Below are positions 1 to 13,000 of a stretch of DNA of 64,000 nucleotides, piece by piece. Source of the DNA: Mobula hypostoma (Eukaryota); the NCBI RefSeq assembly GCF_963921235.1, contig NC_086109.1, positions 11,470,001 through 11,534,000 of the forward strand, given 5' to 3'. Made by a program: the position numbers and the translations under genes. The notes below the pieces were generated by a model. That model was not told the DNA's origin, ran no database searches, and saw nothing but the letters and a program-made list of their open reading frames with translations. Within the stretch, counting starts at the first letter, position 1; the number at the start of each line of letters is the position of its first letter.

Positions 1-977
1 TAGATTGTTTTTGACATTTTGTCACTGTTGTGGCGCCCAAGTTAGGCACTAGTAGCCGTGTTAACTGCCAGATAATCTGTTTTGCATGCTGTTGACTGAG
101 AGAATTTCATGGCTCTACCACAACGCTGCCAAGTGATCCTTTACATCTACAGCTCCTCTCCAGGATTCTCCACTAAAGGATGATGGGAAGTGACACAATA
201 CTGTACAAGGTGAAAAGAGGCATAGACCGTGTGGATAGCCAGAGACTTTTTCCCAGAGTCGGAAATGGCTAGTACAAGGGAACATAATTTTATTGTCATT
301 GTTGGAAAGGCAGGATAGGAGAGAAAGGGGTGCTGGTAGAAGCAGATACATTAGGGATCTGCAAGAAACTCATAGATCGGCACATGGAAGATAAAAAAAA
401 ATGGAGGGCTATGTAGGAGGGAAGGGTTATATTGATCTTAGACTAGTTTAAAAGATTGGCATAATATCATGGGTCGAAGGGTCTATACTGTGCCATATGA
501 ATCCATGTCCTGTGATATGACAGGGTTCAGTTCCTGTGTAGTGTTTGCAACCTGAACTGTTCGCAAATCCAAAATGTGGCCACAAAGCGAGTTCCCACAT
601 AACAGAGGAGCCTGCAGCCTTGCCGCAGCCTGCATCTCCATCCCTTTCCATCCCACAGGTCTCCCATTCATATATATGGTCTGCACATAACTTGGGCGTT
701 TGCAACCTGGGCTGGAGAGAAGCAATTTAGCTCTCCCGTCACTCTGCGTCAGAGCACCAGCCTTGCCTTCTGGGATTTGAACTCTGGTGTGAGATTTGAT
801 TACTCCACACCGCCATCCCCACCTCCAAGCTTTGATCCAGAGTTGACTACGCTCCCCAATGACCCTGGCAACCGATAATTTCCATTGGATCCCAATATAT
901 TATTGTGCCATCACACACAACAGCTGCTGTTCTATCATCATTCTGACCATGGAAGGAATATTTTGTGGGTTACTTAC

Positions 978-1096
978 TTGCAGGAGTGACTATTTTCTGA
1001 GGTCTTCTCCTTTTCTTTATAAGTAGAACTATCAGAAGTAAGACCAATAGTCCCAACAGAAGTGGAAGCAAAATGTACCATATCTGTGGGCCGCTG
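978..1096 (-). CDS. Gene A transmembrane exon (neutral TM plus KKRRR stop-transfer)
   Basis: Acceptor ttttttag|C AGC GGC (phase 2, NAGNAG), donor GCA A|gtaagt (phase 1); encodes SGPQIWYILLPLLLGLLVLLLIVLLIKKRRRPQKIVTPA with no charged residue in the TM. Confidence 0.85.
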
Positions 1097-4000
1097 CTAA
1101 AAAATAAGATAAATGAGATTGAGGCTTTGTACAATTGACAGACCAAGGAGAAGTTCAAGCCAAGTTTAAGCCTGCCATTCAACCATACACATGTAGACCA
1201 CCGAACAAAACAAAGATTTCTCCGGACCGAGGTGTACACGCAGTACATATCACTCACACGCAACACATGAAGCGATATCACCACAAATAAATGAACAAAT
1301 GATAAGGTCCAACACATAATGGATCGAACCAGAGGGAGGATTCAATCTTGAATGCTGAGAGCTGCCTCACAAGAACAAGGGGTGATCTCTTGTACCAAGT
1401 TGTCATGGTTTCTTCAATAGGACCGCACAAACTGACGTTCACCTACAATATTGGATACCCCAACTGCACCTAGGTGGTCCAGAGGTTGAAGGTTTTTGAG
1501 TCTGGGTCAAGGACTGGAGGTCAGAGGTTGGATGCTCGTTTGGCGGTGCCCCATGCCAATGCACTTAAAGAGGGGATGAGTCGGGAGGGGAAGAGTGGTG
1601 GGCTTTGTGATAGACTGGGCTGTGTCCACTTTCTGCAGTCCCCTCCATCCCTTGGTGTTTCCATAGCAGTCAGGATAATGTCCACTGTGCATCTATAGAC
1701 GTTTCTCAAAATCTTTGGTGACATGCAGAACCTACACGAGTTTCTGAGGAAGTAGAGGCATGTTGTATCTTCTTTGTGATGTTACTTACCCAGGACAGAT
1801 CTTCTGGTAGGTTAACGCCAAGGAATTTTAAACCACTGACCCTATCCACCTCTATTCTCCTAATGAGGACTGGTTCATGGAACATAGGACATAGAACAGC
1901 ACAGGAACAGGCCTTTTGGTGCACAATGCTGTGCTGAAATAACTAAATTAGTAATCAAAAGGCTAACTGAACTAATCCCTTCTGCCTACACATTGTTGAT
2001 ATCCTTCCTGTTCCTCACATTTATGTGCCCATCTAAAGGTCTCCTAAAGGACCCCAATGTGTCTGCGTCTTCCCCCACTCCCCCAGGCAACACATTCTAG
2101 GCACCCATCACTCTCTGTGGTAAAAAACTTGCCGCTCACATCTCCTTTGAAATTACTGCCCTCATCTGAAATGCTTGCCCTTCGGTATTGGACATTTCGA
2201 CCCTGAGGAAAAGATACTGTCTCCCCCATCTATGCCTCTCATAATATTATAAACCTCTATCAGATCTCCCCTCAACCTCTGCTGCTCCAGAGAAAACAGC
2301 TCAAGTTTGTCTAATCTCTTGTTGTAGCACATGCCATCTAATCAAAGCAGTATTCTGGTAGAACTCTTCTGCACCCACTCCGAAGCCTTGTCGCACTTCC
2401 TTTAATGGGGTGGCCAGAAATGGATGCAATATTGCAGATGTAGCCTAATTAGAGTTTTACAAAGCTGCAACACAACTTCCTGACTTTTGAAGTCAACGTC
2501 ACAACTAACAAAGGCAAGCATGCCATATGACTTCTTAACCACGCTATCAACCTGTGTAGCCGTTTTCAGGGAGCTGTGAATTTGGATCCCAAGATTCTTC
2601 TTCTCCTCAACACTGTTAAGCGTCTTACCCTTCGCAGTGTACTGCCTCTTAAGACAGAGGAACAGAATGAGAGCATTTGGCCCATCAAGTCTGCTCCACC
2701 ATTCCATCATGGCTGATTTATTATCCCACTCCATCCCATCTTCTTGCTTTTTCTCTGTAACATTTGAAGCCCTGACTAAAGAAAAACCTATCAAGCTTTA
2801 GATATACCTACCTGAGCATTAAGTGTACTCAGTGACTTGGCCTCCACAGTCACATGAGGCAATGAATTCCGCAAATTCACCACCCTCTGGCTAAAAAAAC
2901 TTCTTCCTCATCTCTGTTCTAAATGTTCGTCCCTCTATTCTGAGGCCATGCCCTCTGGTCTTGGACTCAACCACTCATCCTCTCCAGATCTACTCTATCT
3001 AGCCCTTTCAATATTTGATAGGTTTCAATGAGAATCCCCCTTCATTCTTCTAAATTCTGAGTAAAGACCCAGAGCCATCAAATGCTCTATATACAGTATG
3101 TTAACCCTTCATTCTGGAATCATTTTTATGAACCTCCTCTGGACCCTCTCCAAAGCCAACACATTTTTTCTCAGATAAGGGGCCCAAATTGCTTATAAAC
3201 CTCTGTATGTTCCAACCAAAGCATTACATTTTTGCTTTTACATTGTAATCCTCTTGAAAGGAATGCTAACATTGTATTTGCCTTCTAAGTCCTTTTGAGC
3301 ATCTGGTTTTTTGAAATTTCTCCCCATTTAGAAATTTAGAAATAGTCTCCCCATTTAGAAATAGAATTTGCCTTTATTCCTTGAACTTAAGTTCATGACT
3401 ATACACTTCCCTAAATATCCATATACTCTGTCACTCCTTTACCCATTCTCCTGATTTTCCTTCTGCCTCTCTCCCTTCTTAAAGAGTGGATTCACATTTG
3501 TAATTTTCCAGTTCTCCAGAACTATTCCAGGATCTAGTGATTCTTAAAAGATCATTACTAATGCTTATACAATCTCTTCAGCCACCTCCTTCAGAACCCT
3601 GGGGTATATTCCATCTGGTTCAAGTGATTTATCTACCTTCAAACCTTTCAGCTTTCCAAGCACCTTTTGCTTGATAACTGCAACTACACTCACTTTTGCC
3701 CCTGACCCTCTCGAATTTCTGACCACAATTTGTTTTCCACAGTTACTTTGTTCCCCATTACTACCTCTACCATAACAGCATCATTTTCCAGAAGTCTAAT
3801 ATTCACTCTTGCCTTTCTTTCACTCTTTATATATCTGAAAAAGCTTGGTATCCTCTTTTATATTATTGGCTAGCTTTCCTTCATGTTTCATCTTTTCTCT
3901 CCTTATGGCTTCTTAGTTGCCTTCTGATTGTTTTAAAAGGTTCCAATCCTCTAACTTCCCACTAACTTTTGCTGTATTATATGTTCTCCATTTTCTACTC

Positions 4001-7000
4001 ACGCTGCCTTGGACTTCCCCTGTCAGTCATGATTGCCTGATCCTCCCTTTAGAATACTTCTTCAATGTTGGAATGCATCTATTCTGTGCCCTCTGAATTG
4101 CCCCCAGAAACTCCAGTCAGTGCCATTCTTCTGATATCCCTGCTGCTGTCCTCTTCCAGTAAAATTTGACCAGGTCCTCTCTCATACCTCTGTAATTCCT
4201 TTTACTCAACTGAAATACTAATACATCTAACTTTATTTTCTCTGTCTCAAATTGCAGGATGAATTCTATCATATTATGATCACTGCCTTCCAAGGGTTCC
4301 TTTACCTTTAGCTGCCTAATCAAATCTAGTTCATGACACAGCTTCCAATCCTGAATTGTGTTTCCCCTAGTGGGGTCAATGACAAGCTACTCAAAAAATC
4401 AACAAATTCCCTCTCTTAGAACCCAACATCAACCTGATTTTTCCAATCAATCAGCATATTGAAATCCTCCATGACTATCATAAGATTGCCATTTGAACTT
4501 GAGATTTCTATCTCCCATTGTAAATTGTATCCCACATCCTGCCCAATGTTCAGAAGCCTGAATATAACTTCTATCAGGGTCTTTATACCCTGCAGTTTCT
4601 TTTAAGGGACTCTTAGATATGGACATGGAGCTTAGAAAAATAGAGGGCTATGTGGTAGGGAAATTGTAGGCAGTTTCTAGAGTAGGTTACATGGTCAGGA
4701 CATCATTGTGGGCCGAAGTGCCTGTAATGTGCAGTGGATTTCTATGTTTCTATGTTAATTCTACCCTTAAGGATTCTACATCTTTCAATCATATGTCACT
4801 TCTTTCTAAGGATTTGATTTCATTTCTTTTTTTACCAACAGAACCACCCCACCCCTCTGACTACCTTCCTTTCCTTTCAATATAATGTGTATCTTTGGAT
4901 GTTAAGCTCCAACTATGATCGCCTTTCCGCCATGACTCAGAGATGCCCACACCATCATACCAACCAATCTCTAATTACACTTTGAGTTTTCTCACCTTAT
5001 TCTGTATGCTGCGTGCATTCAAATACAACACCTTTGTGTAACACATGTATCTAGAGATTCTTAAAAGATCATTACTAATGACCTTCAATTATGGGTTCAA
5101 CTAAGGGTCCGGTATTCATTACCCTTTTCTCTTTTGTTCCCGTTTTACACTTCAACACATCACAGTAACTTCAATGTTGCCCCTATCATCTGTCTGTTCT
5201 TCCTTAAGTCTCACTACACATTACATCTACCTGTATACCAACTGTCCAATCCTCAACCCTATCACTCCAGTTCACATTCCTACTGGCAAGCGAGTTTAAA
5301 TCCTTCCCAACAGTTGTAGCAAACATACCCACATGGATATTAGTCTCCCTTGAGTTCAGATGAAACCATTCCTTTTTGTACAGGTTATACCGTTCCCTAG
5401 AAAAGATCCCGCTGATCCAACAAATCTGAAATCCTGCCTCCTGCACCACTTCCTCAGCCACTCATTCATCTGCCAAATCTTGCTATTCTTACCCTCACAG
5501 GCGTGTGGCGCAGGCAGCAATCTAGAGATTACCACCCTGGGGTCATGCTTTTCACCTGTCTACCTAACTCTCTATATTCTCTCTTCAGGACCTCCTCCCA
5601 TTTCCTCACTATGTCATTGGTACTAATATGTACCACAACTTCTGGCTGCTCACCCTTCTCATTTAGAATATTGTGGATCTGATCCGAGACATCCCTGACC
5701 CTGGCACTGGGAGGCACAATCCATCTGGGTGTCTTTTTTATGTCTGCGGAACCTCCTGTGTGCTCCTCTGACTGTGGAATTCCCTGTAACTACTACACTC
5801 CTCTCCTTTACATTTGACCAACAAGGTGCAACACTTCACAATTGTCCGGGTTAAACTCCATCTGCCATTTGTCCATTCATATCTGCAACTGGAAGTACTC
5901 ATAGACTTTTGGCTTCTTCCTGCTGCAGCTGATAATCAGCTCTTTGGTTTCCTGAGGTTGAGTGAGAGATTGTTGCCCTGGCACCATTCAACCAGATTTT
6001 CAGTCACCCTTCTATAAGCCAATTCGTCATCACTTTTGATCCGGCCAACAACCAGTTGTGAGGTTTGTAAGCTTATAAATGGTAGCAGAGCCATACTTAG
6101 CCAAGCTGTCATAAATATAAAGTGAGTAGAGCAGGGAATAAGCATCCTCAGACAAGGGGAAATCTACAAGAGCCAATCAGCCTTCCACCAACTCGTAGGT
6201 CTTCGGGATGTGGGAAGCAACCGGAGCACATCAGGTGAAGGCAAGGAAGACTCTACACAGAAAGCAGCAGAGATCAGGAGTAGCCCCAGGCTGGTGGAGC
6301 TGTGAGTCCACAACCGTCCGAGCTGCCCCATTGTGCTGCTCCCAACGCCTGATGTCCTGTGGCGTAACTGTGATGGTGAGCTGAGACAGCAATCTTAGTC
6401 AGCAATCTTTCCATGCCATATTAATCTCTGATACTATGATATCCCCAACTGACATATTATTTTCCTCTAACCTTTATGTTAATCCAATTAAATGAAATGT
6501 ATGATGTCAATTAAAGACACTTGTATTACAGCAGAATTATCAAACTGTGATCTTAATCCGTCAATAGTTATTAATTTGAAGATGACAGTTGAAATCTCAC
6601 CTTTTGTTGTCCTTAGAATTTTCTGGTGTTTCTGGTGTGAGATGTTAAAACAAACACGTTAAACCAATTGATAATTAATTACAGCACAAAATAACTTTAA
6701 TCTTTGTCAACCTATAGGCTGGCATTGTGGTGGAGCAGCAGAACATTCAGATCTATTTACTGCATGTGCCGTGCATCGAAACAGACAGTGAAATGCATCG
6801 TTTTCATTAACAAGCAGCACCCTGCAGGATGTGCTGAGAGCCAGCCCACAAGTGTTGCCACACATTCTGGCTTCAATACATGACACCCATAATGTTCAGC
6901 AGAACAACACAGGACACAACATGCAAACAAGCAGCACATAAAGCAAGTCAGAAACGCACAACATCAACAGTAATATTATTTTGTGCTGGAGCAGGTGTGA

Positions 7001-10000
7001 AACCCTGAATCGCTTATTATTTCTGCTTCTTAGCTCCTTAAGTCAACTTATCTAGATCAGGAAGCAGAGAGTGATACAACACGGAAACAGATCCTTCAGC
7101 ATGCAGTCTGGTCCTATTTAATTCTCCCTCTCTTTTCCATCATCCCTTCCAAATTCTTACAAGGGGAATTTTACAACAGCCAGTTAACCTTCCACCTACC
7201 CCTAAGGCTTTGGGATGCAGGAGGAAACCGGACCAATTGAAAGAAATAAGGCGAAGGCAAGGAAAGCTCCACACAGAAAGCACCAGAAATCAGGATTAAA
7301 TCCAGGCTGATGGAGCTGTGAGTTCACAGCTGACGAGTTGCACCATTGTGCTGCTCCCAACTCATGAAGTTCATTGAACATAGACCATCAAACAGTACAG
7401 CACAGTACAGGCCCTTCAGCCACGAAGCGGCCAACATAATCTCTGACCCTTCCATCCCTGGTCATTCTCGCATCTCTCCTCTCCCATCAGGCAGAAGATG
7501 TAACAGGTTCTGAGCATGTACTACCAGGCTCAAGGACAGTTTTTATTCTGCTATTATCAGACCCTTGAGCAGACCTCCTGTACACTAAATGATGAACACT
7601 TGATCTCTCAATCTACCTCATCGTGGCCCTTGTAATTTGTCATGATTGCATTTTCTTTGTGACTAATACTATGTTCTGTTTTCTTTTACTGCCTTGATGT
7701 GCTTATGTTTGGAATGATCTGCCTGGATGGTGCATAAACTATGTTTTTCACTGTCTCTCGGCACACATGACAATAATCAACCAATACCAATACCGATAAT
7801 AAACCAATATCAATCTCAAGAGTCTATATGCAAGTGAAAGAATCAGTATGGAATTTCATAAGCAAAGATCAATAAGAAGACAGAAAAGATTCTGCAGATG
7901 CTGGAAATAGTTAGTAATGCACACAAAATGGTGGAGGATCTCAGCAGATCCCTCTATGGAGGGAAATAAACAGTTCATGTTTCATGCTAACGCCCTTCAC
8001 CAGTCCCAATGAAGCAACTTGGCTGAAAAAGTTGACACTTTATTCCTGTCCTCAGCTGCTGCCTGACCTGCTGAGTTCCTTCAGCATTTTGGGTGTGAAG
8101 ATGAGGAAGAAGATAGAATTCAACCAAAAAGTGGTGAGCAGTCTGGACACAAAATAGGGAAAACCGAGCAATATGAGGAGAAGGAAGATGGGTAGAAATA
8201 GAATGGAGGAAGATATAAGACAGTGAGACAATAGGAACACAATTACACTATTTGGCCTGTCAAGTCTTCTCCACCATGCTATCACGATTATTACCCTTCC
8301 CAACCCCATACTCCTGCTTTCTCCCCACAACCTTTGACAACCAAGAACCTCCACTTTAAATATACCCAGTGATTTGGTCTCCACAGTCATCCGAGACAAA
8401 GTATTGCAACTAGCTAAAGAAACTCCTCCTCATCTCTGTTCCAAAGTGGCATCCCTCTACGGAGTAGAAAGTCTGTAACGACTGAAGATTTGCATGTTCG
8501 TAAGCACTAAAGCACAGAAGTTTTAGGTTGATTCGTACCTTCAGAAATCTCCAGCATTTTAATCTGCACAATCTCAAAGTTAACCTTGTTTGTTGCTCCA
8601 CACCAGTACTCTCCTTTATCTCCTTCGTTGGTATGCTTTATGGTGACAGCAAATTCAGTGGAAGTGTTTATGATGATTGCTGGGTTTCTGCTGCTGTATT
8701 CAGAGCTGGCTATCACACTGCACCTATTTACAGAGGTTACTTTACACAAGAATTTCTCATATGATTTAAATCGGTGGTCATAGTGGCAGTGTAGGCTGGT
8801 GGCAGTTTGCATCACACCCTTCACCGTGGTATTGTCTGCTGTCCATGAACCTGCTGGTAAATGAGAAAAGGAAGAAATGAGGGGTCTAACGTAGTGGGAA
8901 TCGTGCTGACAGAACCTTCAGTGCTACAGTTAGCTGAGGCTGTGTGGGAAGACTACTGACCATGAATGGGGGGGACCCAAGTAGAACAGGCCTTGCCAAG
9001 TCTGAGAGATAATGCAAGAAGTTAAGAAGGCTAAAAGAAAGCATGAAATTGCTCCAGCAGACAAGCTGAAGGAGAATTGTAAGGGAATCTACAGGCATGC
9101 TATGAGCAAAAGAATTGCAAGGGACAGAATTGGTCCTCTGGAAGACCAGCATGTTAATCCATGTGTGGAGCCAAAACAGATGGGGGAGATTTTAAATGCA
9201 TTCTTTGCACCTGTATTTTCTTGGGAGACAGATACAGAGTTTATAGAAGCGAGGTAAAGCAGTATCAACTTCATAGACCCTGTACAGATTACAGAGGAGG
9301 AGGTGTTTGCTACTCTTTGGCAAATCAGGGTGGATATTTCTCCACAGCCTGACTAAGTGTTCCCTCGGACCCCGTGGGAGGGAAATGCAGAAATTGCCAG
9401 GGCCCCAGCAGAGATATTTAAAACATCTTTAGTGACAGGAGAGTTACTGTAGGATTGAGGGACAGCCAATGTTGTTTCACTGTTTAAAAAAGGCTTTAAA
9501 CAGAAACCAGGAGATTATAGGCTGGTGTGCCTGACGCCAGTTGTGGGAAAGTTATTGGAAGGTATTCTCAGAGACCAGATATATAAGTAATTATATTGAT
9601 ATGGACTGGTTAATGATAGTCAACATGGCTTAGTGTGTGGTAGATCATGTCTAACCAATCTTACGGAATTTTTTGAGGAAGATAACAGGAAAGTGGATGA
9701 AGACAATCAGTGTATGTTATCTATGTGGACTTTAGTAAGGCATTTGTTAAGGTCCTGCATGGGAAGCTGGTGAAGAAGGTCCATCGCTTGGCATACTGGG
9801 ACCGATCTGGAATGCTAGGGCACTGAGGAGTGTGGTAGACAAAGTGATCTGGGAATACAAGTTCATGATTCATTGAAAGTGGTGTCACAGTTAGATAGGA
9901 CTGTAAAGAAAGCTTTTGACACTTTGGCCTTCAGAAATCAAAGTATTGAGTCCCCAACATGGGATGTTATGTTGAAGTTGTATAAGATTTTGGTGAGGCC

Positions 10001-13000
10001 TAATTTGGAGTATAGTGTGCAGTTCTGGTCATCTACCTACAGGAAAATTGTAAACAAGGTTGAGAGAGTGCAGAGAAAATTCACAAGGATGTTGCTGGCT
10101 CTGGAGGACCTGAGTTATAAGGGAAGATTGAATAGGTTCGCATTGTATTTTTTAAGAATGTAGAAGATTGAGAGGAGCTTTGATAAGGGTACACAATATT
10201 AGGTGTGGTATGGATGGGGTAAATGCAAGCAAGCTTCCTCCACTGAGATTGGGTGGGTCTACAACCATAGGTTAAAGGTGAAAGGTGAGAACTTTAAGGG
10301 GATCATGAGGGAATCTTCTTCACTCAGAGGGTCATGAGAGTGTGGAATGAGCTGCCAGCACAAGTAGTTCATGTGATTTCAATATTTAAGAGAAGTTTGA
10401 ATAGGTACATGGATAGTAGGGATATGGAGGGCTATGGTCCCGGTGCAGGTTGATGGAAGTAGGCAGGTTAAATGGTTTTGTCATCATCTAGATGGAGCAA
10501 AGGACCTGTTTCTGTGCTGTACTTCTCTATGACTCTATGATGTACAGTCTTGGGCACATGTAAAAAAATTCTGTAAAGCGAAGATATTAAAAATAAATGA
10601 AATGAAAATATTATAAATATCAAAATAATTACAAAACGTGAAATTAAATCAACATTTGGTGTGAGCACACATTGCCTTTAAAGCTGCATCAGTTCTCTTA
10701 GAGGCACTGTCATGCAACTTTATAAGGAAATCGATTGGTGGGTTCTTCCAAGGATCTTGGAGATCTTGCTACAGTTCTTCTGAAAGACTTTGGCTGTCTC
10801 AATTGTTTCTGTCTCTCCAGGTAATCCCAGACAGCCTCAAGATCATGGCTCTTTGGAGGCCATACCATCAGTTGCAGAATTCCTTATTCTTATCTTTTGC
10901 TGAAGGTAGTTCTTTATGACCTTGGCTGTGTGTTTGGGGTCATTCACGTACTGCAGAATGAAGTTGGGACTGATCAGACACCTCCCTGATGGTATTGCGT
11001 GATGGATGAGAATTTGCTTGTGCTTCTCAACATTGAAGATTCCAGTAATTCTGATCAGACCATCAAATCTATTTGCAGAAATGTAGCTGCAATCCTGCAG
11101 GGAACCCCTGCCATGCCTCACTGTTGGCTGCAAACACTCATCCATGTAGCATTCTCTAGCTCTTCTACAGAGAAACTGCCTCCTGTCTGAGTCAAAAGTT
11201 TCAAATTTTGATCATCAGTCCAGAGCACTTGCTGCCATTGTTCAGCACCCCAGTCTATGAGTTTCTATGTCCATGGGCGACTCTCTTGGCTTTGTTTCCA
11301 AAGTGGAGGAGTAGCTTTTTGGCAGCAAATCTTCCATGAAGACCACCTGATAATATTACCCTGGACTATAGAGGTGTGTACTTGGGTTCCAGTTGTTTCT
11401 GTAAGTTTAGAGCTGATAGCAGTGCTGGACTTTGTCCAGTTTTGAATGGATGTCAGTTTGATGTATCTCACATCTGCTGCACTCAGCTTCCCTAGCTGAC
11501 CACTGCATTTCTGGTCCTCAGCCTTGCTTGTTTCTTTGTGCATCTTCAGAAGACTTGGACAACGCATCTTGAAACTTCCATCTGCCATGAACTTTCTGCT
11601 TGGGAGAAACCTTAGCGATGGAAGATATTACACTGTGTCTTGTTGCTATGCTCACTCTTGCCATGGTGTAAGAATTGATGATTTGAAGCTTAAACTGTCA
11701 CATCACCTTTTAGTTTGCCTGTCCTTTGCCCAGTTTGATTCCTGCCACACCCGTTGCTGTTTCAGTTAATCTGTTTAGTTCATTCAACTTATTATATCAT
11801 TGATCATTAGCACCTGTTTGTCATCTTTGTTTAATCATGCACTGGACTGTATGCCTACAAGGTAATCAAGTTTTATTTGTAAAGTGGCCCAATACTTAAT
11901 ATGTTACTTTCTTTAACAGTTCCAAAAATTTCCCTGAAACATCTAAATTTTTTGGGAAAATGAATGTTGGGAAATCTAAACTTTGTTCTTTTCTACTGAC
12001 ACACTAATGCAGAAGGCAAACATTAAACATCTAAAACAAAGTTTATATAAAAAATCTAGGATGCCAAAGGCTTTTGTACTGTACTGTATTGCCAAGACAT
12101 AGGCCCTTTGGCCATTGTGTTCACTCAGTGGGTTGAAGACACTTAGCTTTCCCATGAAGTGCTCTCTTGGAAGAGGGTAGGAGAATGGGGTTGAGAGGGA
12201 AAATAAATCAGCCAGGATAGAATGGTGTAGCAGGTTTGATGGGCCAAATGTTCTAATTTTGCTCCTGTGTCTGATAGTCTTATGGAAGACCGGAGTCAGA
12301 CAGTGTCTCCACTCTCTCTTCCCTTGTTTGCATGCTGTATACAACCCTGTGCTAAATCCATCAGGAAGGATGAGAGCAGGAAGAGGGGTGACATTGCCAG
12401 GCAGTTCGGACACACATTTCAAAATCTCCCTGTAACTGGACAAAGCTGCAATCATCTGCTTAGATCCCCAGTCAGTTCGCAGATTGATCAGCATCTGTAA
12501 CTGCTCTGATTTGGCATCCTGGGTTAGATTGAACCACAGGAAGAGCGAGGTCATGCTCTTCGGTAACTGGCACAACCTATCCAATGACCCCTTCGCTGTC
12601 AGGCTGGACTACCTGAGCTGCTGAGTTCCTTCAGCATATTGTGTTCATTGTAACCAATTTACTAATTTCTGTATCAACAAACCTTCCTCTTCTCTCTCAT
12701 TCCTGATGCAGGGTCTGAATCTGACTTGCACCTTTCACATCTACAGTTGCTAAGTGGCCTCCTCAGTTCTTCCCATGTTTCATGTCGTTTCAGTGTCTGG
12801 AATCTGTTGTCTCTTCTGTCTTCTCTGATAACACTTTGGGAAGTGAAGGTTATATCATGATCAATGCATTCATTATGGGACGACAGTCCAGCTGGTACCC
12901 TGACTTAAGCCTAAGCCTTACCTGCGGTAACCTTCAGCATTACAATGTCTGATACGTCAATATATCTTCCGTTTATACGTCCACACCAGTATATCCCTGA

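Noticed and set aside
8052-8399. Hydrophobic ORF (ILFLPIFLLLILLGFPYF) and its paralogue at 56833-57201 as a possible TM exon
   Set aside because: It runs out of a CR1 3' remnant and into the Penelope-type repeat, has no convincing in-phase splice sites, and the true stalk exon lies downstream.
11976-12584. 202-aa minus-strand ORF in gene A intron 2
   Set aside because: It is a chance frame across Rex, CR1 and Tc1 remnants; the paralogous region in B is deleted or broken.
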